The notes beneath the pieces are model-generated. The model did no database searches. It saw only the letters and a list, made by a program, of their open reading frames with translations, and was not told where the DNA came from. From Euryarchaeota archaeon UBA28 (GTDB lineage: Archaea > Thermoplasmatota > Poseidoniia > Poseidoniales > Thalassarchaeaceae): a stretch of DNA of 62,122 nt. Numbering within the stretch: the first letter of the stretch is position 1; every line of letters begins with the position of its first letter. The translations under genes were made by a program, and so were the position numbers. Below are positions 38,159-47,149 of the stretch, one piece after another. The stretch lies in assembly GCA_002501605.1 (NCBI GenBank), contig DANW01000021.1, positions 1 to 62,122 on the forward strand. The letters run 5' to 3'.

Positions 38159-38755
38159 CTAAGCCTTATCGAAAATAATGTCTAGAATACCATTGTTCAG
38201 GCTCCACTCTGAAACTGAAGTCGCCGCTTGTGGCAGGTTGATACTCTTTATTGGCCTAAGTTGGGTTCTTCTCATAATCTGGAGAACTTTGCCCCCATGA
38301 GACAGGATCAGCTCGAAGCTGGTTTCATCTAAATCGATTATATTTGAGACGTCTATCGTAACGAACATTGAATCGCCATCGACATAAGTATCTTCCAGAG
38401 GGACGTCGCACTCTTCTTCCTGTTCATCTTCTAGTTTCACGTCAGCAGGTTCTTCGTCGGGCCCGACTTGGACGTTAATCCCCATATTCTTGAACATCTC
38501 CGAGAATCCTTCTGGATGATTCATGAAGGCTTCCATTTGCTTCCTGAAATTCTCAGGATCTCCTTGGAAGTTCATTTTGACGTTGCTATTGTAGATCATC
38601 TCCGCATCAATGCCCATACTTTCGAATTGCTGGCGAATTCTGGAGATAGTATCTTCAAGCTCAGACCTGTCTATGGGCATCCCCATCTGACTGAAGAGAT
38701 TCAGCATCTGCTGTATCATTTTTTGTTCCCATTCGTCGGAATTTGAGTTCCCCAT
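38159..38755 (-). CDS. Hsp20/alpha-crystallin-like small heat-shock protein with a Met/Gln-rich N-terminal region
   Basis: The C-terminal ~85 aa fit the ACD pattern ([18 protein letters not shown]...VLQI...INLPQAA...[14 protein letters not shown]). It lies 22 nt upstream of dnaK on the same strand. Confidence 0.55.
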   Translation of the reverse strand: MGNSNSDEWEQKMIQQMLNLFSQMGMPIDRSELEDTISRIRQQFESMGIDAEMIYNSNVKMNFQGDPENFRKQMEAFMNHPEGFSEMFKNMGINVQVGPDEEPADVKLEDEQEEECDVPLEDTYVDGDSMFVTIDVSNIIDLDETSFELILSHGGKVLQIMRRTQLRPIKSINLPQAATSVSEWSLNNGILDIIFDKA

Positions 38756-38881
38756 TTGACCACTACTTAACCATCGGTTGTATAGTCGGAGAGCAATTCC
38801 CTATATGAATATGTTCATTTTGTGAATGGAATATCAGAAAAATAAGGGCTTGTCAGTAATGGAGAGCTTGAAATCTATTGC
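38756..38881. promoter_or_regulatory. Divergent control region between the hsp20-like/dnaK genes and the thermosome gene
   Basis: TGAA(38806)-N4-TTCA(38814)-N5-TGAA(38823) interlocking inverted repeats, flanked by GAATAT direct repeats. A/T-rich TATA-like boxes occur on both sides. Confidence 0.35.
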
Positions 38882-40510
38882 TTGATTCCGACCATCATGG
38901 TTCAGGCTGAGCACGATGTTGCAATTCAAGACACCGATCGATTAGAGGGTCGTGCGGCTTTGGTGAATAATGTCAAGGCGGCCGTTGCACTTGCCGGGGC
39001 TGTAAGATCAACCCTTGGACCTAGAGGCTTAGACAAAATGCTGGTCGACGCAGATGGAGGGAGTCTGGTTACCAACGACGGAGTCACTGTGATTGAAACT
39101 GCCAAGGTTGAACATCCCACTGCTAGATTGTTAATATCCGCATCTTCATCACAAGACAAATCGGCAAGGGACGGCACAACATCGACTGTCATTCTGACTG
39201 CAGAATTACTACAGAATTCTCTAGAGCTAGTTAGAATGGGCATTCACCCTTCCACAATAATCAGTGGCTATGTACAGGCTGAGAGAGAAGCTATCTCCGA
39301 ACTGGAAAGAATATCAAGGCGTGCTGATTATCCAGATGGAGTAAAATCGGTAATCTCAACGACATTGGCAGGGAAAATAAGTACTTCATTGGCATCTCAT
39401 ATTACGGACATCGCAATAGAAGCTGCTGGGATACTATCGGAGGAGGATGGGGGCGATGACTTGGAAAGATTGAGAGTGAAGAGGCTTGAGGTGGGGGGCG
39501 GTTTATCCACAGATAGCTCACTAGTAAACGGCCTCATGATTGCGAAATCGAGAGTGGACATGGGAACTCCTGAAGCTTCCAGAGGGGGCACGATAGCCAT
39601 AATCGACGGCGGATTGGAAAATGCAAAATTGGAGATGGAGGCCGAGATTGAAGCTAGTAGCCCTGGTGTCCTCAGGGGCTTTCATGAGAGGTCTCTTGCA
39701 AACCTCAAGAAGTCGGTCGATCACCTTTCATCACTGGGCGTGGATCTGCTTATTGTCAGAGATGGAATCTCAGAAGAAGCGATATCGATGCTGTCGGATT
39801 CGGGAATTACAACTTACAGGCGGTTTGAGAGAGGTGACTTGGAGATCCTATCCAGAATCACGGGAGCGAGGATAATAAGAGACCCAGCAAGGGCTTCTGG
39901 GGAAGATCTTGGTATTTTTTCAGGCAGGAAGGAAGAGTCAATTGCAGGTGTGACACACACGACCATCGAAGGTTCCGAAATGGGTGCTCTTACTGTGGTC
40001 TTTAGGGGGACCTCTCCGCAGATCAGAGAAGAATCGATGAGGGCTTTTGATGATGCTATGGGTGTATCTTTCAGAATGCTCAGAGACCCAAGAGTCGTTC
40101 CAGGAGGAGGCGCCATTCAAACCCATTTAGCTAGGCATATTAGGTCATTCGCATTGAGAAACCCAGGACGAGAGCAGTTAGCAATGGAGGCTTATGCGGC
40201 CGCTCTCGAAGTAATTCCCCGAACTTTGGCCGAGAATGCTGGCCTAGACCCAATAGATGTGTTACTAGATTTGTCTGCAGAACAGGCATCTGATGTAGTT
40301 GATGGAGCTTGGATTGGACTCGATGCGATCACTGGAAAGAAGGCTAGTATGGATCAGCTGGGAATTTTGGACCCGCTTTTTGTAACAAGCCACTCAATAT
40401 CTGGTTCCACGGAGGCGGCAATTAGTGTTCTGAGGATAAATGATGTCCTGTGGGCGAAGCAGGATCCGACCACCCCTGACTGGAAGGACGAGGAGGATCA
40501 GGAAGACTGA
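38882..40510 (+). CDS. ths: Thermosome subunit (group II chaperonin, Cpn60/TCP-1 family)
   Basis: STLGPRGLDKMLVD, VTNDGVTVIE, DGTTSTVILTAELL and VVPGGGA. The ORF opens at TTG 38882, with an ATG alternative at 38897. Confidence 0.9.
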   Translation: MIPTIMVQAEHDVAIQDTDRLEGRAALVNNVKAAVALAGAVRSTLGPRGLDKMLVDADGGSLVTNDGVTVIETAKVEHPTARLLISASSSQDKSARDGTTSTVILTAELLQNSLELVRMGIHPSTIISGYVQAEREAISELERISRRADYPDGVKSVISTTLAGKISTSLASHITDIAIEAAGILSEEDGGDDLERLRVKRLEVGGGLSTDSSLVNGLMIAKSRVDMGTPEASRGGTIAIIDGGLENAKLEMEAEIEASSPGVLRGFHERSLANLKKSVDHLSSLGVDLLIVRDGISEEAISMLSDSGITTYRRFERGDLEILSRITGARIIRDPARASGEDLGIFSGRKEESIAGVTHTTIEGSEMGALTVVFRGTSPQIREESMRAFDDAMGVSFRMLRDPRVVPGGGAIQTHLARHIRSFALRNPGREQLAMEAYAAALEVIPRTLAENAGLDPIDVLLDLSAEQASDVVDGAWIGLDAITGKKASMDQLGILDPLFVTSHSISGSTEAAISVLRINDVLWAKQDPTTPDWKDEEDQED

Positions 40511-41463
40511 TTTTTCCTGAGATTATCTAACATTTCGTCCACCATTCTATCCAAATTGAAATTGGCCTCCCAGCCCCAATCATCTTTAGCTGGATTATCA
40601 TCAACATCATCTGGCCAAGAGTCGGCAACCTTCTGTCTGAAATCGGGATTGAAATCACATGTGAATTCTGGAATTCTGAAGGAAATTCTATCCGCCAACT
40701 CTCCAGCAGTGAATGAGCACCCTCTGATATTGTAACCAGCCCTAGATGTACCGAGTCTGCTCCCATCGGCCTGCATTATCATTTCTGTTGCCCTGATTGC
40801 GTCATCGATATACATCATTGGGAGTCTGGTATCCTCACTAACAAAGCAATTGTAATGCCCATCATTAATTGCTGCTCGGAAGATGTCGACTGCATAGTCA
40901 GTAGTTCCTCCTCCTGCAGGTGCTTTCCATGAGATCAGACCGGGGAATCTGAGTCCTCTGATGTCAACCCCGTATTGTTTGAAATAATTCATACCCAAGA
41001 CCTCTCCTGTGACTTTTGTCTTACCATAAGTCGTAGAAGGGTTTAGGGTTGCTTTTTGTGGTGCAACCTTTGGCGAGTCTGGGCCAAAAACTGCTATTGA
41101 AGAAGGCGCGAATACCTTCAACCCAAAATCTCTAGCCACGTCCAACACAGTAACAGTTCCGCCGACATTCACCCTATGACAGAGCTCTGGATTTTTCTCA
41201 CCGGTAGCGGATAAAATTGCAGCGAGATGGTAAACTGTCCCAATTCCCTCACCAGTGACTGTTTTCTCCATAGCTTCGCCATCTAATACACTTAGATTAC
41301 AAAATGGCCCTTCTGGAAAGTATCGATCATCATTTGGTTCTCTGATGTCTGTAGCGAGAACAGTATCATTACCATGCTTTTTCCTTAGTTCCGAAACCAA
41401 TTCAGTTCCTATCTGGCCTAGTGCCCCTGTGACAAGAATTCTGTCCCCGGGCGGCTCGACCAT
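40498..41463 (-). CDS. Extended-SDR NAD-dependent epimerase/dehydratase, L-threonine 3-dehydrogenase-like
   Basis: ILVTGALGQIGTEL and the YGKTK catalytic motif, with overall similarity to the animal/bacterial short-chain TDH family. Start set at the ATG at 41463 (MVEPPGDR). The 56-codon upstream extension is not protein-like. Confidence 0.8.
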   Translation of the reverse strand: MVEPPGDRILVTGALGQIGTELVSELRKKHGNDTVLATDIREPNDDRYFPEGPFCNLSVLDGEAMEKTVTGEGIGTVYHLAAILSATGEKNPELCHRVNVGGTVTVLDVARDFGLKVFAPSSIAVFGPDSPKVAPQKATLNPSTTYGKTKVTGEVLGMNYFKQYGVDIRGLRFPGLISWKAPAGGGTTDYAVDIFRAAINDGHYNCFVSEDTRLPMMYIDDAIRATEMIMQADGSRLGTSRAGYNIRGCSFTAGELADRISFRIPEFTCDFNPDFRQKVADSWPDDVDDNPAKDDWGWEANFNLDRMVDEMLDNLRKNQSS

Positions 41464-41570
41464 GGAGCTCCCCAAAGCTGGAGCTACTTGGTCATTGATG
41501 TTCGATATTGACCATTTATCGACCCAATGTTGATATGCGAGGCATGATGGGTTCAAACCCCGTTGATTAC

Positions 41571-43217
41571 ATGAAGTATGTCGTAGTGACGGGTGGAGTC
41601 CTATCTGGATTGGGTAAAGGGGTAACTGCAAGTAGCATCGGAGTTCTTCTGAAATCGGCTGGACTTAGGGTTACTTCAATCAAGATTGATCCATATCTAA
41701 ACAGCGATGCTGGAACTATGTCTCCGTTTGAACATGGAGAGGTTTTCGTTCTCGATGATGGGGGGGAAGTGGATCTTGATTTGGGGAATTATGAGAGATT
41801 TTTGGATATTGCACTCACAAGAGACAATAATATCACAACCGGAAAGGTGTATGCTAATGTAATCGATAAGGAGAGGAGGGGGGACTATCTTGGAAAGACC
41901 GTACAAGTTGTTCCGCACATCACAAATGAAATCCAGGAATGGATAGAAAGGGTGGCTCATGTCCCCGCAGATGGTTCGTCTGAAACTCCAGACGCATGTG
42001 TGATTGAGCTAGGGGGGACAGTTGGAGATATTGAGAGTGCACCATTCATCGAAGCACTACGTCAATTCCAATTCAGAGCTGGAAAAGGAAATGTCTGTTT
42101 CGTTCACGTCAGTTTAGTGCCAGTTATGGGCCCAGTAGGAGAACAGAAAACAAAACCTACTCAACACACTGTCAAGGAATTGAGAGGCTTAGGAATAATT
42201 CCTGATATTCTTGTTTGTAGGTCTGAGAAGCCACTTGACTCCGAGACGAAGTCCAAGCTAGCCGCATTCTGTCATGTGGATGAAGACGCTGTTGTTTCCG
42301 CACATGACGTTTCCAATCTATATCAGATTCCAATATCACTCTTTGAGCAGTCCGTTCTACAGAAGGTTTCGGTCCATCTAGGCTTTCAAGTTCCGGCTAA
42401 GTTGCCAATACTGGATGAATGGAGGATGATGGCCGACAAGGTGGATATTCTGGAAGATGAGGTTAGAATTGCAATGGTAGGTAAATACACTGGACTTTCG
42501 GACTCATATCTATCAGTGATTAAAGCTCTACAACATAGCGCATTCGCAGTTGGCAGAAAATTGCAGATAGACTGGATAGAGTCCACTGATCTGGACCCAA
42601 ATGATAGGACTGAGAATCATGAAGAAGCTTGGAGGATGCTGAAGTCAGCGGACGGAATATTAGTACCTGGAGGATTTGGGAATCGTGGTGTTGAGGGGAA
42701 GATCGCTGCTGCGAATTATGCCAGAGTCAATGAAGTTCCATATCTTGGAGTATGCTTAGGTTTGCAAATAGCGACGATAGAGTTCTGTAGAAATGTTCTG
42801 AATATTGAGAGTGCCAATTCAGCTGAGTTCGATGAGGACGCTCCTGTACATGCTGTAGTTTTCATGCCTGAGATTTCAAAGACACACATGGGGGGAACAA
42901 TGAGGCTTGGTTCCAAGCCCACTCCTTTCCTAGTGGACGATTGCAAGATTAGAAGGCTCTACGGGGGAGTGGACCATGTCAACGAACGTCATAGGCACCG
43001 CTACGAGGTGAATCCGGATCTTATCGAGGATATTGAGGCATCAGGGCTTGTATACGTTGGAAAGGACGAGACTGGTAAAAGATGTGAGATTATGGAGCTC
43101 GACGGTCATCCATATTATGTGGGTACACAATATCATCCAGAGTTCAAGTCTAGACCGGGGAGGCCCAGTCCCCCCTTCCTTGGATTACTGAAAGCTGCGT
43201 GTGGGCAAGAAATATAA
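41571..43217 (+). CDS. pyrG: CTP synthase
   Basis: [26 protein letters not shown], and the glutaminase domain blocks GVCLGLQ and HRHRYEVN. Start set at the canonical MKY. Confidence 0.95.
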   Translation: MKYVVVTGGVLSGLGKGVTASSIGVLLKSAGLRVTSIKIDPYLNSDAGTMSPFEHGEVFVLDDGGEVDLDLGNYERFLDIALTRDNNITTGKVYANVIDKERRGDYLGKTVQVVPHITNEIQEWIERVAHVPADGSSETPDACVIELGGTVGDIESAPFIEALRQFQFRAGKGNVCFVHVSLVPVMGPVGEQKTKPTQHTVKELRGLGIIPDILVCRSEKPLDSETKSKLAAFCHVDEDAVVSAHDVSNLYQIPISLFEQSVLQKVSVHLGFQVPAKLPILDEWRMMADKVDILEDEVRIAMVGKYTGLSDSYLSVIKALQHSAFAVGRKLQIDWIESTDLDPNDRTENHEEAWRMLKSADGILVPGGFGNRGVEGKIAAANYARVNEVPYLGVCLGLQIATIEFCRNVLNIESANSAEFDEDAPVHAVVFMPEISKTHMGGTMRLGSKPTPFLVDDCKIRRLYGGVDHVNERHRHRYEVNPDLIEDIEASGLVYVGKDETGKRCEIMELDGHPYYVGTQYHPEFKSRPGRPSPPFLGLLKAACGQEI

Positions 43218-43250
43218 TAGGTTGAAATATCATTCTCTCCTGTTCTGGCT

Positions 43251-43991
43251 GTGAGATGCCTAGGTGTTGATTTGGGAGGTAGTGGTTTCAGACTAGGGGT
43301 CTTTGATGTAGAGACCGGAATCCTTTGTAGTAAATGGGAAGTTATAGCTCATGAGGGAGATACCAAACCATCGAGTATAGTCCCCAGAATCAGAGATTCA
43401 ATAATTGATATCGGATGGTCTGGACCGATAGGGGTGGGCTTCCCAGGGGTAGTATCTGATGGTAGGATTCTGACGGCCCCCAACCTTGGAGATGAATGGA
43501 TGGAATTTGATCTCAAAGGAGAGCTGGAAAATTTCCATCATGGGATTTTCACAATGATTAATGATGCTGATGCTGTTGCTTTGACGGAATATAGTTTAGG
43601 ATCTAGCAAAAATCAGAACGGAACAATATTAACTGTCACAATAGGCACTGGTATTGGCACAACGATACAAAGCGATGGGGCTATGGTTCCTAATTTGGAG
43701 TATGGCAGAAAACCTCATCCAAGACTAGAGGGAGCTCTTGAGTCCCATATCTCTGCCCGTACTAGGAGTGAGGAAGGGTTATCCATTGAGGAGTGGGCTA
43801 AAAGATTTCAAGAAGGCATAGAGTTTCTTGGAAGATTGACTGAGCCCGACTTGATCGTCCTTTATGGAGGAATTATGGAGCATTGGAGCGATTTCTCTGA
43901 CTTGATTTCTAGTGAAGCAAAGATTAAACCGGCCAGGTTCGCTACTGAAGCAGGAGCTCTCGGGGCCGCAATTGCGGCATCCAAGTTATGA
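43251..43991 (+). CDS. ROK-family glucokinase, polyphosphate/ATP glucokinase (PpgK)-like
   Basis: GVDLGGSGFRLGVFD, GVGFPGVV, INDADAVAL, TIGTGIGT and PNLEYG match the short (~250 aa) PpgK layout. GTG start. Confidence 0.7.
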   Translation: MRCLGVDLGGSGFRLGVFDVETGILCSKWEVIAHEGDTKPSSIVPRIRDSIIDIGWSGPIGVGFPGVVSDGRILTAPNLGDEWMEFDLKGELENFHHGIFTMINDADAVALTEYSLGSSKNQNGTILTVTIGTGIGTTIQSDGAMVPNLEYGRKPHPRLEGALESHISARTRSEEGLSIEEWAKRFQEGIEFLGRLTEPDLIVLYGGIMEHWSDFSDLISSEAKIKPARFATEAGALGAAIAASKL

Positions 43992-44029
43992 TTAATCCTA
44001 GACAGGTGACATAGTAGGAAATCAGCCTA

Positions 44030-45784
44030 TTAACAGCAACTATCAGGGTTACTGTCCTGAGCACAATAGCAGGTCTTTGCTGGAACAATGTCAGCCCTTG
44101 AGCTTCTCTCTTTGAACAAAGCTGATACTTTCTCGAGCTCACCCGATTTATCCTCTCTTGCTTCCAAGCACAATTTTAGACCTAGAAGCCCCCACATGTT
44201 ATCTTTCCATAGCTTGATATCTTCGCGATATACTTGCTCGGCTTCCTCGATATGTCCCTGCTCAAGAAGTAGGGCACCCAGGATATGTCTAACTGGTTGC
44301 ATCTGGCCCCATGGTTCATTGTATGCTAAATTCAAGGACAGTTCAACTCCTCTTCGTAGCTCATCGAACGCGGCAGAGAAATCATAGGATTCTCCTCTTT
44401 CCTTGGCAAGGAACTGTCTTCTGTATTCTATTTCTCCCTCAAGAATAGAAGCGTTGACGTTGAGTATTGAGGGGCCCTCAGAAGGATCTTGATACATGAA
44501 ATTGTTATGCATAACCCTTCCTTCGAGGGACGGATTCTTCAGAGCTTCATTGAACAGGGCTTGCTCTGTCTCGGCCTCCTGAACCATTCCCTTGGAGGCG
44601 TACGCAACGCCTCTAGCGTAGTGCTGGGTGGCAATAGTCGCAGGGAATGCTTCCTTGTCAGAATACATTGGTTCAGCCAATATGTCATCCCACTTTCCAA
44701 ATCTAATCATGACATGCCATGGCATCGTGACATATGATTCTAGGAATATGGCCCCCATCGGTATAATACCTGCAAGCATGAACCGGACACCAGAATTATC
44801 ATCTCCTTTTGGTAGGGTACTTACTGCCTTTCTGGCATATTTCAACGCAGTTTCATACTGGCCATCGAACATCGCGCACCAAACAACGAAGTGATGGTTG
44901 TGCATCCTGTAGAACTTGTAGAACTGAGATTCATTACCAGTAATTTCCACATATCTATCGTCGGCTTCAACTGCTGCTATGTTGCAATCTATAGCCTCTT
45001 TCCATTGTCCGACCCAGGCATCAATGTGGGATGGCATGTGGACCAAATGTCCTAGGCCTGGCATTAAATTCCTTAGAACATCGGCCGCAGGTAGTGCCCT
45101 CTCTGGGAATGGTGACAGTTCAAGTGCGTGACAATATAGATGACAGAGGGCTGGGTGAGTCTTGGCTTCATCACTATTTTCAAATGCTCTTTCCATGATA
45201 TCTACTAGAAGTAGTGTATTGTCATCTGCGGGGGTGATCTCTCCTGACTTGGTATCCTTATCCCACAATTGCCATGCTTTCAGATTCATCAAAGCCTCGA
45301 CATAGATTGCAGTTACATCAAGGTCTCCATCATATTTTTCATAGAGTGGGGCCATTGCTTCGGCGAAGGCTACGTTAAGTTCTGGACTGTTCCCCATGTT
45401 CAACACTGCGGGATCTGCTGCATCTCTAGCCTCCTCGGAATGTCTCTTTGATAGGGCAAAAATCAGGTCCTGCTCAAGCTCTGTGCAATGTTCCCTAAGG
45501 GACATAGCCTTCTGAATTGGGTCATACCCAGATCCAAGTCCAGGAGTCCAATTATAATTTGATGAGACACAATAAGCAATACCCCACCATGCCATAGCAC
45601 AGTCTGGGTCCATTTCAGCACACTTTGAGAAGCAAGCGATTGCTTCTTCGTGGTTGTAGTTCAACATGTGCCCATGTGCAAGAGCGAACATCTTCCTCGA
45701 TTCTTCACTCGCGCAAGTTACCCTTCTAGCGAAGGAGTAATTCTCTTCATCTCCAAAATCATACATCTCAGGTGCTAAATCCAT
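44030..45784 (-). CDS. TPR-like helical-repeat protein, unknown function
   Basis: Helical repeat character (HEEAIACFSKCAEMDPDCAMAWWGIAY...). Start set at the ATG at 45784 (MDLAPEMY). The ORF extends to 45844. Confidence 0.55.
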   Translation of the reverse strand: MDLAPEMYDFGDEENYSFARRVTCASEESRKMFALAHGHMLNYNHEEAIACFSKCAEMDPDCAMAWWGIAYCVSSNYNWTPGLGSGYDPIQKAMSLREHCTELEQDLIFALSKRHSEEARDAADPAVLNMGNSPELNVAFAEAMAPLYEKYDGDLDVTAIYVEALMNLKAWQLWDKDTKSGEITPADDNTLLLVDIMERAFENSDEAKTHPALCHLYCHALELSPFPERALPAADVLRNLMPGLGHLVHMPSHIDAWVGQWKEAIDCNIAAVEADDRYVEITGNESQFYKFYRMHNHHFVVWCAMFDGQYETALKYARKAVSTLPKGDDNSGVRFMLAGIIPMGAIFLESYVTMPWHVMIRFGKWDDILAEPMYSDKEAFPATIATQHYARGVAYASKGMVQEAETEQALFNEALKNPSLEGRVMHNNFMYQDPSEGPSILNVNASILEGEIEYRRQFLAKERGESYDFSAAFDELRRGVELSLNLAYNEPWGQMQPVRHILGALLLEQGHIEEAEQVYREDIKLWKDNMWGLLGLKLCLEAREDKSGELEKVSALFKERSSRADIVPAKTCYCAQDSNPDSCC

Positions 45785-45844
45785 GACTATACGAAAACGA
45801 ATTAGGATATAACATGTATGATGCCTGTCTAAGAAATTGACCAT

Positions 45845-46987
45845 TCAGTCTACTGATACAGGCAAGATTCTGGTTGTTCTGTAGCCTTGCAATACCTTCA
45901 GATACTTCTTTTTTGAAAATTTTTCATCCATTTGAGGGTCCCCAGTTTCCACTCTGAGGTTTCTTAGGGTGAGCATTTTTGCAGGTGTAACTATGCCTAG
46001 GACATTTTCTACCCCAACCATCCTGAGAACTTCTGGGGACAATTGTAGATTTCCTCTACCGATCAGAAAACCCTGGCCCCCCATTGGAGATAGCAAAAGC
46101 GTTACTTCGCCAGTATGCGTCTCCAAGTGCTGAATGATTTCCTTCTCATTAAGGTCTGAAGCGATCAGTCTATTTCCCTTCGATATGTCGATACCTAAAG
46201 TGTTCAATTCAAAGCCGAGATTGGAACCAATTGTTCTCAAAGTCCCTCCAGAACCCCAAATTATCATCCTATCTTCATCGAGTAGTGTATCCCTGATATG
46301 ATCTGAAAGTCCCTCAACTACCTCCTCCTCTCCGGATGCCTCCACCCTCATCTTTGACCCTTGCATCCATCGAGGGCTTGCGGGGGTGATAGCCTCGGCA
46401 TATAGCCTGACAACCCATTTTCCTTGCCTGTAGAGATCCTCGTCTAGGTCTAGTACTTCAGTAGAGGATAGCAGAAGGTCTTGATTTATCCAAGCACTGA
46501 GAACTTCAGCCGCCGCCTTTGGCGAGGATGCGAAACATCCGGAGTGCATCTTTACCCCGGTGGGAACGCCAATAATTGGTAGGTTTGGTTTACCATTGTC
46601 TGATAAAGAGGCAACAATATCTCTGGTTGTTCCATCGCCTCCTGCATACAAGATTAAATCAACATCCGATTCAATCATGGACTTTATGGCCTGATTGGTG
46701 TCATACGCGTGCGTCTCTCCTAAAGACGAGTGGATTGGGACTATTGGAGACAGGACATCTGGAATCCAATGCGTTCCCATTCTACCCTCACTTACGAACC
46801 ACTCGATTGCGAGTCTTTCTCCCTTTGTGATATTGATGAAATGTTCCAGCATGAGTCTCATCCTAGGTCCAGAACGATCTTCTGCACCCATGGATCTAGC
46901 GATCTCAGCTTGCCCATCCGACCCTTTCAAGCCCAGTCTACCACCTAGGCCAGCGTCCGGATTAACCAGTAGGCCCAACCTCACCAT
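45845..46987 (-). CDS. ATP-NAD kinase-like protein (COG3199 family, predicted polyphosphate/ATP-NAD kinase)
   Basis: LLVNPDAGLGGRLGLKGSDG at the N-terminus and the diacylglycerol/NAD-kinase motif ILYAGGDGTTRD. Confidence 0.7.
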   Translation of the reverse strand: MVRLGLLVNPDAGLGGRLGLKGSDGQAEIARSMGAEDRSGPRMRLMLEHFINITKGERLAIEWFVSEGRMGTHWIPDVLSPIVPIHSSLGETHAYDTNQAIKSMIESDVDLILYAGGDGTTRDIVASLSDNGKPNLPIIGVPTGVKMHSGCFASSPKAAAEVLSAWINQDLLLSSTEVLDLDEDLYRQGKWVVRLYAEAITPASPRWMQGSKMRVEASGEEEVVEGLSDHIRDTLLDEDRMIIWGSGGTLRTIGSNLGFELNTLGIDISKGNRLIASDLNEKEIIQHLETHTGEVTLLLSPMGGQGFLIGRGNLQLSPEVLRMVGVENVLGIVTPAKMLTLRNLRVETGDPQMDEKFSKKKYLKVLQGYRTTRILPVSVD

Positions 46988-47149
46988 GCTAGTGCCAAGG
47001 GGGGTCGGGTCTTATCGCTTCGTAATGCAAAGTCTCGGAAAGGGCAACACGAAAAGTTCGTAACAAGAATAATTGGCGAATATTGGCTGAAATGGATAGT
47101 CGAATTCAAACGGGATTGCTCAACCGGATGGATATAGGAGACGGTACCG

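Noticed and set aside
38159-38755. GrpE identity for the gene upstream of dnaK
   Set aside because: Position suggested GrpE. However, there is no GrpE-like long helix plus C-terminal beta-domain signature, and the C-terminal third fits an alpha-crystallin/Hsp20 pattern instead.
38882-40510. Thermosome P-loop variant (RDGTTS instead of GDGTT)
   Set aside because: All the other nucleotide-binding blocks are intact (LGPRGLDKM, NDGVT, GGGA). A single substitution beside the motif is insufficient to claim loss of function.
41464-41631. N-terminal extensions of the TDH-like ORF (to 41631) and of pyrG (from 41508), which overlap each other
   Set aside because: Both extensions are non-protein-like. 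Canonical family N-termini begin at internal ATGs (MVEPPGDRILVTG at 41463 and MKYVVVTGG at 41571), which leaves a sensible 107-bp divergent promoter gap.
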